Shown here in pieces: positions 40,270-48,448 of a stretch of 64,000 nucleotides of DNA. The stretch covers positions 32,001 to 96,000 of the forward strand of contig JBDRUX010000001.1 in NCBI GenBank assembly GCA_039801565.1, in the 5' to 3' direction. The position numbers were made by a program, and so were the translations under genes. The DNA is from a candidate division WOR-3 bacterium (lineage in GTDB: Bacteria > Hydrothermota > Tepidihabitantia > Tepidihabitantales > JAOUPE01). The notes under the pieces are model-generated. The model saw nothing but the letters and a program-made list of their open reading frames with translations. It made no database searches and was not told where the DNA came from. Position 1 is the stretch's first letter, and every line of letters begins with the position of its first letter.

Positions 40270-40345
40270 ATCAAAGGAGCAAAGCCCCTTTAAAACTCCA
40301 ATTCTTTTCTTAAATCCGAGGAGATGAGGGGTTTCCCCTCATCCA
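40270..40345 (-). repeat. REP-like double-hairpin repeat (copy 3, inverted)
   Basis: Minus strand GATGAGGGGAAACCCCTCATC...GGAGTTTTAAAGGGGCTTTGCTCCTTTGA. Confidence 0.65.
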
Positions 40346-40873
40346 CAAACTTGAAAGTTATCATTAGAATCAAAAGCAATATCGCCTATGACTTTCTTTA
40401 CCTTCACATTGGGATGGAGTTACTTAAATATTGAGTAATCACCGAAGAAAATTGCTGAGTCTTGGATTCGTTACCTGAAACTACTTCGACGGCGATAGGA
40501 AATGAGGAGGCTTTTACGCTAACCAAAATGAATCCCTTCATCACTATGAGCTCAATATGATTGGTTTTGGTTAGGGCAAAGATTTAAGTGACGAAGCTGT
40601 GGAAGAGTCGAAAGATTTTATCGTCTTTGCGGAGGTTCTTTTCGATAAAGAAAGTATTAGGTATGGGCAGGGGTTTTGAAATGTCTCACAGAAAATGAGA
40701 AAAAAGTGACAGACAAATCGGCGAAGCCGATTTAGAAAGAGAAAAAGAAAATTCCTTAAGAATTCGTTTCTTCTTTTAAACTTATTATACTCATTTAAAT
40801 TTCCACGACTAATAGGGGACTACCAGAGCTAGTGGCTTATTTTATAATCTTTCATAAAGTTTTTGACAGTACC
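40345..40873 (-). mobile_element. Decayed DDE transposase remnant with terminal repeat and a nested IS3-like end
   Basis: Broken frames FPIAVEVVSGNE... and VKKVIGDIAFDSNDN; terminus GGTACTGTCAAAAACTTTATGAAAGA (40873..40848); TGAAATGTCTCACAGAAAATGAGA at 40677 resembles the 13991 end. Confidence 0.55.
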
Positions 40874-40914
40874 TTTAATTTGATAAAATCCGGCAAGCTT
40901 AATACAAACGAAAT

Positions 40915-40947
40915 CCCCTGCTTCCCGCCCGGAGCGGAAAGCAGGGG
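40915..40947 (-). terminator. Intrinsic terminator after the repeat-peptide gene
   Basis: CCCCTGCTT...AAGCAGGGG long hairpin followed on the minus strand by ATTTCGTTT. Confidence 0.75.
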
Positions 40948-41018
40948 TAAAGGATGGCTCCTGCTTATGCCTTCGATTTATTCATTAGCGAAAAGCAGAT
41001 AGTGCGCCAACTTTAGCT

Positions 41019-41300
41019 TCAAGTGCTAATAGTCGGTGGAACCGGTTTCGGTGGCTGAGGAATACCATCCGGTGGCACCGGCTTCGGTGGTTGCGGAATA
41101 CCATCAGCAAAAATCAGAGGAGGTACGGGTTTAGGAGGTTGGGGAATACCATCGGTGTAAAGCCCCGGTGGAACCGGTTTCGGTGGCTGAGGAATACCAT
41201 CCGGTGGCACCGGCTTCGGTGGTTGCGGAATACCATCAGCAATCACTGCGAAGACAGTGATCAGGAGCACAATCCATAAAAGCGCGGTAGTATGTCGCAC
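41019..41300 (-). CDS. Secreted precursor with five DGIPQPPKPVPP repeats (93 aa)
   Basis: AGGAGG then GTG 41300; MRHTTALLWIVLLITVFAVIA signal peptide; repeats vary only at synonymous sites; downstream terminator. The ORF track starts at ATG 41321. Confidence 0.88.
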   Translation of the reverse strand: MRHTTALLWIVLLITVFAVIADGIPQPPKPVPPDGIPQPPKPVPPGLYTDGIPQPPKPVPPLIFADGIPQPPKPVPPDGIPQPPKPVPPTIST

Positions 41301-41487
41301 AGAGCCTCCTTTCTTGGGCATACGCCCATTATTATTAATATCATTTCTAATTCCACCCGGTACTAATTTATAAGATGTTAATATTACAATTCTTAAAAAA
41401 ATAATGCAAATTTTTTAATTCTAACAATGAAAATAAAATTGTCGCACCGCTCAAAAAGTTTTATAAGTTTTGTATTATCAGTTAATT

Positions 41488-44400
41488 TTAAGAACTCTGG
41501 AAGTCTTCTTTATTGATATTATAACGTCGGAGCAATCGTTGAATTTGTCGCCGATGGGTGGAGAGCATTTGAGCAGCACGACTCACATTGCCTTGGGTGG
41601 CTTTGAGTGCTTCAATTACTTGTTCCCTCTCCAAACTTTTCTTTTGACCTTTCTCAATTTTCATCGTCTTTGCAAAATTAACAATTTTCGGACCGAGATT
41701 TTCTAAACTGATTTTTCGCTTTTGCGCCATTATCACTGCTCGTTCGATTACATTTTGCAGTTCTCGGACATTACCTGGCCAGGGATATTCGGTAAGAATT
41801 TGGGGAATGTTATCTTCAAAACCCAGAATCGGCTTATTGAGTTGTTTCGCATACCGTTTTAAAAAATATCCGGCTAATAGCATAATATCGCTTTTCCGCT
41901 CTCTTAACGGTGGCACCTGAATTGTTACAACATTCAAGCGATAATAAAGGTCTTCGCGAAACCGATTAGCTTTAACTTCTTCTTCAAGATTTTTGTTAGT
42001 GGCACAAATCAGTCGCACATCTACTCTTCTCGGTTCAGTTTCTCCCACCCGTCGAATAATCTTGTCCTCCAAGACCTCTAAAAGTTTTGCTTGGATACTT
42101 AATGAGGTATTGGCAATCTCATCCATAAAAATTGTACCATGTTCAGCAATTTCGAATAAGCCTTCTTTGTCCCGAATCGCTCCGGTAAAAGCACCTTTGC
42201 AATGCCCAAATAGTTCGGATTCAAATAGTGTTTCAGGCAATGTGCCGCAGTTGATTGAAACAAATTTGTTGGCACGTCGGTTACTATTGGCATGAATTAA
42301 TCGAGCTAATACCCCTTTACCTGAACCAGTCTCACCTAATAATAGCACAGTACAATCAGTTGGAGCTATCTGTTCGATTATCGAATAGACATCCTTTATC
42401 GCTTTAGAACGTCCTAAAAAATAGCCAGTTACCGCATCGGTCAAAATATCCTCCCGCAGCGCGGAAAAATCCTCTTGCATCTTCTTGAAAGCAAAAGAGC
42501 GGTCAATAGTGGCAGCAAGAAGATTGGCTACCGAGATGAGTAAATTTTTGTCTTCTTCGACAAACACATTGGGATTGATTCGGGAATCAAGATAAATTGT
42601 CCCGATAACTTTATCATCAATCCGCAATGGTACACAGACTAAAGAACGAATTTTATTTAATACCACACTATTAGAATTAACAAACCTTGGGTCCGATAAA
42701 GCATCAGCGCAAATTATCGGTTCCGCACGTTTTTTAACCTGACGAATCACAGTTCGCGAAATTGTATGTGCATCTTCTAAAGTGGTGTGGTCAACATTAC
42801 GCGCCGCCACCGGGAATAACTTATCCCCTTGAATTAAGAAAAGAAGACCGCGCTCGGCCTGGGTTACATCAATGATTAAATCTAATAACCGGTCAGCAAA
42901 ATCCTCTTTCTCTAAGTCAAGATTAATTAATTCACTTAATTCATAGAAGACTTTTAAATATTCGCCACGCTCCCGCCCTTTTAATTTATGGGTTGCTTCA
43001 AGTTGACTAATATGATTTAACATATATCTCACCCTTTCTTGTTCAACTTTCGCTCCTAAACTTGTAAAAATTGTCTCAGCCTCTTTTAAATCATCCAATA
43101 CCCGGGTAAGTTCCTGTTCCGATAATGGCTTGTAAGTAATTGGTAGGGGCTCGCCTTGGTTATAAGTTTTAGGTGCAGTAAGAAGTAACAGGCTTGCCTG
43201 GGCTTGGTAATAAAGCGATTTTGCCATTTCATATTTTGCACCTAAGCTCCGAAGAATCTCAATACTTCGATTCAATTCTTCTTTCCCATCATCCGTAAAA
43301 CCAAGGGCATGTTTAGCTAATCCTCGCCACCGTAATAAAAGGGAGTATAGTCTCGGATTAGCATTATATGCTTGACCTTCTGCTGCTGGTAAAGTTAATA
43401 AATTCTGAGCTCGTTCACAGGTGGTTAAACACTTAGACCAATCGGCTTCAGCCGCCCGTATCCCAGCTGCAGTTAAAAGCATTTCAATCAATTTCTGTTT
43501 ATTTCCTTTCGCATAAATTCTTTGCACATTAAGGGCAAGGGCAAGAGATTTAATTGCTGAATCTACTTGATCGCGCATCAAGTGTAATTTCGCCCAAGCT
43601 AAGTAAATTTGACCCAAAATTTGTTGATTTTTGTTCTGTTTGGTCAAATTTTCTGCTTCTTTAAGCAAAGGTTCAGCATCAATGAAGTCGCCTTTTTTCG
43701 TAAATAGATTAGCCAGATTAATTAGTCCGATGACCAACCCATTATCGTCCCTAATATTTTGCCGAATTTCGATATCCTTTTGGTAATAAGCGGTTGCTTT
43801 TTGCCAGTCCCCCATCTCTTCTAAGATAATACCTAGGTTACACAATGTATCACCCAATCCGGCTGAATCACCAATTTTTTCGCAGAGTTCTTTTGCTTCT
43901 TTAAAATATTCTAAGGCTTGATGCCAATCGCCAGTTTCAAAATCAACCAAACCAAGACCCTGAATGGTACGAATCCGAAAGTAAACATCGCTCAATTCCC
44001 AAAGTGGTGAGGATAGGATGGAAGAATAAGTTTCTTTTGCCTTATTTAATTCCCCTTTCTGCCAGTAGATTGTCGCTAAGAACTGACCAATTTTTCCCCG
44101 GAGATTGGACTTGGAAGAAATCCAGTTTGATTCTACTTCTTCTCGCGCAGGGGCTGGTTTCTCATATAATGCAAGACCACGATTCGCATATTCTAAGGCC
44201 AAATCAATCTCCCCTTTATACCAGGCAAGGGCACTCATTCCATAAAGAGTTCGTGCCTTTAGGTCAACCAACGATTCGGAATTTTTTAAATCAATCGTTT
44301 TTAAGGCTAAAGAATAAAACTCCTCGGCTTTCTTAAAATCACCTTTAGCGGTTAACGACCAGCCGATGTCATTCCAAAGGGTTATTGTTCCAACTGCGTC

Positions 44401-46830
44401 TTTTTCTTTAAGGGTGGTGAGTGCTTGTTTGAAATAACTGATTGATTCATCTACTTTACCTTGTTTCTGATAGATTAGTCCTAATCGGCGCAAAACACTG
44501 GCTAATAGCGAAACATAGTTGGGTTCTCTTCTTAAGGTATTGTCGGAAAAGAGAATACCCAGTCCTTGAGTATAAATGTCAATGGCATCGGCAAAGCGTC
44601 CCGTGATTTCCCGCAAGCGCCCAACAGCTTCAATTAACTCAATCCGTTCTCGGGCTGATACAAAGTTGGATGATAAGGCAAGCGCAGTTTCATAAAAACC
44701 AAGTGCCAATTCTGTCAGATTTAATCTTTTTGCTTTGGCTCCTGCCTCACGACAATAGTTAAAAGCTCGATCTTTTATCCCAGCCTGGGTGTAGTGGTGA
44801 GCTAAATCAAAAAGGTAACGATCTTGTTCCCGCGGGTAAAGCAATTCGATTGCCAGGGCAACTGAGCGATGATAATCCCGTCTTTCTTGCACACTAATTC
44901 CTTCGGTAATAATCGCTTCTAAGGTCTTGGAGGATAAGACAAAACCATCCGAATCGGGTAGGGGGCGCAGTAAATTAATCGCCCGTAACCTTGAAAAAAT
45001 TGAATAGAGGAGATGTTCCTCATAACCTAAAACCGCACGAACAAAATCAACTGTGAAAGGAGTTCCAGTAATCGCTCCCACCTTTAAAACTTCTAATTCT
45101 TCTCGAGTGAGAGTACTCAGTCGTTCTTTAATCAGCGAGTAGACAGTGTCTGGTAATTTGAAATCGCCTGATGTCAATCGGTTACGGTCTAATCTCCAAC
45201 GACCGTATTCCAATTGAATGACCTTGCTGGCCAAAAGGGAATAAAGCGATTCAATCACAAATAGTGGATTACCGCCGGTACTGGCAAAAAGCCAGGTGCT
45301 CAACTCGGCGCTTGATGGATGAGGACCAAGAATTGCTTCCACTAAAAGTTGAGTCTCCTCTTGAGTTAGTGGACCAAGCGTAATGTGTTGAAAAAATTCT
45401 TTTCCCAAAAATTCTTTACTGAGTTCTAAAATTCTCCGCTCATTCAAACTGCTCACCACCACAAAAATTTTCTCCTTCTCAATGCTAAATCCTAAGAATC
45501 GGAGAAATTCGAGACTCATTGAATCAAATAATTCAAAATTATCAATCAGCAATAAAAGGCTGTGTTCAACCTTTGATGAATTAGCTAACGCTTTGAGCTT
45601 TTTTATTATTTCTTCAAATAATTCATATTTTGTTGCCTCGTCTTCCTGCTTTGCTACAATGTTTTTGATATCTTTACCATCATAAATTGATAAATTAGCT
45701 AAAATGTCTTCAATTAAAGATGGGGGGCGAGCACCTAATGCAGTATGAGCCGATTGTAAAATTGAAACACCTTCTAATTTAGCGAGAAATTTAAATTCTT
45801 GTAAAAGCCTACTTTTACCCACGCCGCGTTCCCCGGTGATAAAAACTAATTGTCCATTTGAACCTTTGGCTGATTCTAACCGGTTTCTAAGAACGTTTAA
45901 CTCATTTTCTCGGCCAATAAAACTCGAAGCTTGAAGAGAAAAAACACCTTCTCCGCTTCGCCGAATGCCAATAGTCGGTATTTTTTCCTTTAAAGATTCT
46001 GGTATTATATCACTTATCGTCTCGATAACTTCTAAGGCAGAAATTGGACGCCGAAAAGCATCCCGTGCGAGTAAACGCATACAAAGGTTAGAAAACTTCT
46101 CGGGGATTTTGCTATCAATCTCACTTGGTGGCGCGAAGTTGGAATAATATTGAGTCCGTAGCCAATTCCGTAAATCTGTTTCGGTTGACGGTCCCCGACC
46201 GGTTAGGATTTCATAAATTACCATACCTAATGAGTATAGGTCAGCCCGACCATCCGCTTCGGTTCCCTTAAAAATTTCTGGTGCAATGTAACCAAGTGTT
46301 CCGCGTGGTATCTGATTGGAAGAAGAGAAATAATTAGCAAACCCAAAATCTAATAATTTGGCTCTTGCCTTGTTACCGGTGTCAGAGTCGATCGCCGTAT
46401 TGACCAGGATATTCTGAGGTTTCAAATCACAATGAATTAATCCCTGGCTGTGAATAGTATCTAAGGCATACAATATCTCAATCAACACTAATAATAAATC
46501 TTCGGAATATCCTTTAAAAAATTTGTTAATCGGCGCACCTGGAAAATATTCCATTGTAAAGAATGGCTTTCTTTCAGTTATCCCAAAATCGAAAGGTGCG
46601 ACAATATTCGGATGATTAAAGCGACTGAGCATGAAAAATTCTTGATTTAATTGATTCTCAATTTCTTTTGTCGCAGGTTCTCGGGAGATTTTTAGGGCTA
46701 CGATGCGGGCACCAACCAAATCCTTTGTTTTGTAAACCTCAGTTATTTCACCACCACCCAGATAATCTAAAACCTGATAACGGCCGGCAATTAAACTGCC
46801 GGTTTTAAAAGCACCCTCTTTTTGATTCAT
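41488..46830 (-). CDS. Ser/Thr kinase-STAND-type ATPase-TPR-GAF-sigma54 activator-Fis HTH fusion
   Basis: HCDLKPQN, DFG, GTLGYIAPE; FIGRENEL, GERGVGKS, TGGNPLF; long TPR array; GAF (AERGLLFL...RSLVCVPL); GETGSGKG, GAFTGA, WPGNVREL, GNVSRAAQML. Confidence 0.93.
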   Translation of the reverse strand: MNQKEGAFKTGSLIAGRYQVLDYLGGGEITEVYKTKDLVGARIVALKISREPATKEIENQLNQEFFMLSRFNHPNIVAPFDFGITERKPFFTMEYFPGAPINKFFKGYSEDLLLVLIEILYALDTIHSQGLIHCDLKPQNILVNTAIDSDTGNKARAKLLDFGFANYFSSSNQIPRGTLGYIAPEIFKGTEADGRADLYSLGMVIYEILTGRGPSTETDLRNWLRTQYYSNFAPPSEIDSKIPEKFSNLCMRLLARDAFRRPISALEVIETISDIIPESLKEKIPTIGIRRSGEGVFSLQASSFIGRENELNVLRNRLESAKGSNGQLVFITGERGVGKSRLLQEFKFLAKLEGVSILQSAHTALGARPPSLIEDILANLSIYDGKDIKNIVAKQEDEATKYELFEEIIKKLKALANSSKVEHSLLLLIDNFELFDSMSLEFLRFLGFSIEKEKIFVVVSSLNERRILELSKEFLGKEFFQHITLGPLTQEETQLLVEAILGPHPSSAELSTWLFASTGGNPLFVIESLYSLLASKVIQLEYGRWRLDRNRLTSGDFKLPDTVYSLIKERLSTLTREELEVLKVGAITGTPFTVDFVRAVLGYEEHLLYSIFSRLRAINLLRPLPDSDGFVLSSKTLEAIITEGISVQERRDYHRSVALAIELLYPREQDRYLFDLAHHYTQAGIKDRAFNYCREAGAKAKRLNLTELALGFYETALALSSNFVSARERIELIEAVGRLREITGRFADAIDIYTQGLGILFSDNTLRREPNYVSLLASVLRRLGLIYQKQGKVDESISYFKQALTTLKEKDAVGTITLWNDIGWSLTAKGDFKKAEEFYSLALKTIDLKNSESLVDLKARTLYGMSALAWYKGEIDLALEYANRGLALYEKPAPAREEVESNWISSKSNLRGKIGQFLATIYWQKGELNKAKETYSSILSSPLWELSDVYFRIRTIQGLGLVDFETGDWHQALEYFKEAKELCEKIGDSAGLGDTLCNLGIILEEMGDWQKATAYYQKDIEIRQNIRDDNGLVIGLINLANLFTKKGDFIDAEPLLKEAENLTKQNKNQQILGQIYLAWAKLHLMRDQVDSAIKSLALALNVQRIYAKGNKQKLIEMLLTAAGIRAAEADWSKCLTTCERAQNLLTLPAAEGQAYNANPRLYSLLLRWRGLAKHALGFTDDGKEELNRSIEILRSLGAKYEMAKSLYYQAQASLLLLTAPKTYNQGEPLPITYKPLSEQELTRVLDDLKEAETIFTSLGAKVEQERVRYMLNHISQLEATHKLKGRERGEYLKVFYELSELINLDLEKEDFADRLLDLIIDVTQAERGLLFLIQGDKLFPVAARNVDHTTLEDAHTISRTVIRQVKKRAEPIICADALSDPRFVNSNSVVLNKIRSLVCVPLRIDDKVIGTIYLDSRINPNVFVEEDKNLLISVANLLAATIDRSFAFKKMQEDFSALREDILTDAVTGYFLGRSKAIKDVYSIIEQIAPTDCTVLLLGETGSGKGVLARLIHANSNRRANKFVSINCGTLPETLFESELFGHCKGAFTGAIRDKEGLFEIAEHGTIFMDEIANTSLSIQAKLLEVLEDKIIRRVGETEPRRVDVRLICATNKNLEEEVKANRFREDLYYRLNVVTIQVPPLRERKSDIMLLAGYFLKRYAKQLNKPILGFEDNIPQILTEYPWPGNVRELQNVIERAVIMAQKRKISLENLGPKIVNFAKTMKIEKGQKKSLEREQVIEALKATQGNVSRAAQMLSTHRRQIQRLLRRYNINKEDFQSS

Positions 46831-46874
46831 TCAATAAAATTATACTAAAAATTTTATATTTGTCAACAATAAAG

Positions 46875-46894
46875 TGCGACAGATGTTTGTCGCA
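46875..46894. promoter_or_regulatory. Palindromic operator TGCGACA-N6-TGTCGCA
   Basis: Perfect 7-bp inverted repeat just upstream of TTGACA(46866-61)-N16-TATAAT(46844-39) of the kinase/activator gene. Confidence 0.65.
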
Positions 46895-46959
46895 TTTAGA
46901 AATGCTATGTTTTATCAATTTAAATAGTTAAAATAATCTATGTAGGGGAGAATATAGAA

Positions 46960-47033
46960 TGGGCCGTGCAGGACTCGAACCTGCGGCCACCGGATTAAAA
47001 ATCAGGTGCTCTACCAGCCTGAGCTAACGGCCC
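46960..47033 (-). tRNA. tRNA-Lys(UUU), CCA not encoded
   Basis: GGGCCGT acceptor stem, GCTC/GAGC D-stem, loop TTTTTAA, GCAGG-TTCGAGT-CCTGC T-arm. Confidence 0.92.
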
Positions 47034-47123
47034 ATTGAGATTTTTTATATAGATTTTACTCAGGTTAAAACTTGCACTCATTTTACTGAAAAGTTATTTT
47101 ATTGTCAATAATAAACATCCCCC

Positions 47124-48371
47124 TTAACTTTTTGTTAATGCCTGGTCTAAATCTTTAATAATATCATTAACATTTTCAATACCTACCGAGAGTCGTACCA
47201 AATCGTCGGTAATCCCCGCAGCGATGCGATCTTTAGGGCTAAGGTGAAAGTGGGTCATTGAGGCTGGGTGTTCGATAAGGGTCTCGACACCCCCTAAGCT
47301 TACTGCAAGAGTGCAGAGTTGAACGTTATTCATTAGGGATTTGGCAGCTTTAAAACCACCTTTTAGACCAAAGCTTATCATCCCGCCGCCTGCCTTCATT
47401 TGTTTTTTTGCAACCGAATGATGGGGATGGCTTTTAAGCCAGGGGTAGCGAACCCATTTCACCTTGGGATGGTCTTGAAGATAATTAGCGACTTTTAAAG
47501 CGTTAAAAGAATGACGCTCCATCCTTAATGCCAAGGTTTTGATTCCACGATGCACTAAGAAGGCTTGCAGAGGGTCAATAATGCCACCGGTGTCATTTAA
47601 GACGGTTCGTAACTTATCGAATAGGCCTTGGTCTTTTACGACAATCATTCCAGCCACAACATCAGCGTGGCCGTTAAGATATTTGGTCATACTGTGAATT
47701 ACAATGTCAGCACCTAATTCTAAGGGTTTTTGGATGATTGGAGAACAGAATGTATTATCCACTACCAAAATAATTTTATTGGAGGAGTTTGAGGCTAATC
47801 GAGCGATTGCTGAAATATCGGAAATCGCTAAGGTCGGGTTAGCAGGTGTCTCGAGGAAGATGAGTCTGGTGTTTGACTTTATAGCATTTTGACACTCTTT
47901 TAAAGAAGAGGTGTCTACGGGTGATATCTCAACACCGAATTTGGTTAGGATATTTTTTAAAAGACTTGTAGTGGCACCATAGAGGACGTTACCGCAAATT
48001 ACGTGGTCGCCTTGGCTTAGCAGTGTCTGAAAAACTGTGTTGATTGCAGCCATACCGCTGGCACAAGCTAATGCGCCGACCCCATTTTCTAAACTGGCAA
48101 CACAGTCTTCAAGGGTCTTGATCGTTGGGTTGCCGAGTCGGGTATAGATATAACCTTTTTGGGTACCTTGAAAGATTTTTACCCCTTGGTTAACATTTTT
48201 GAATCGAAAGGTTGATACTTGATAGATAGGTGGCACTACCGCACCATATGCGTCCTGCATCCCACCGGCGTGAACAGTTAAAGTATCAATAGCGAGCTTG
48301 GAAATTTTGTTGCAATTTGGTTTATGGTGTTTGATTGTACGGATTTTGTTGGTTTTAGGCTTTTTTTTCAT
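47124..48371 (-). CDS. Methionine gamma-lyase / Cys-Met metabolism PLP enzyme
   Basis: YIYTRLGNPT, SGMAAI, ETPANPT, VDNTF, HSMTKYLNGH, AVSLGGVETLIEHPASMTH. Confidence 0.92.
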   Translation of the reverse strand: MKKKPKTNKIRTIKHHKPNCNKISKLAIDTLTVHAGGMQDAYGAVVPPIYQVSTFRFKNVNQGVKIFQGTQKGYIYTRLGNPTIKTLEDCVASLENGVGALACASGMAAINTVFQTLLSQGDHVICGNVLYGATTSLLKNILTKFGVEISPVDTSSLKECQNAIKSNTRLIFLETPANPTLAISDISAIARLASNSSNKIILVVDNTFCSPIIQKPLELGADIVIHSMTKYLNGHADVVAGMIVVKDQGLFDKLRTVLNDTGGIIDPLQAFLVHRGIKTLALRMERHSFNALKVANYLQDHPKVKWVRYPWLKSHPHHSVAKKQMKAGGGMISFGLKGGFKAAKSLMNNVQLCTLAVSLGGVETLIEHPASMTHFHLSPKDRIAAGITDDLVRLSVGIENVNDIIKDLDQALTKS

Positions 48372-48448
48372 CTGAGAATTATAAAGGTTAAATTTTATTG
48401 AGTCAAGGTCTGGATTTAGCTGTTAAATATTGGTCATTTGTTGTTGGA

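Noticed and set aside
41034..41237. 36-bp repeats as a CRISPR array
   Set aside because: Variation is confined to third codon positions of an ORF with RBS and signal peptide; spacers are 0 or 12 bp.
41019..41300. Classical RiPP cluster
   Set aside because: No adjacent modifying enzyme, protease or ABC exporter; core lacks Cys/Ser/Thr.
38368..41300. CstA as dedicated importer of the repeat peptide
   Set aside because: Only proximity supports it; cstA has its own promoter, is separated by a terminator and IS debris, and belongs to the cstA-arsA cluster.
40033..46960. Integrative island at the tRNA-Lys 3' end
   Set aside because: No integrase and no duplicated tRNA 3' end (att site) found by eye.
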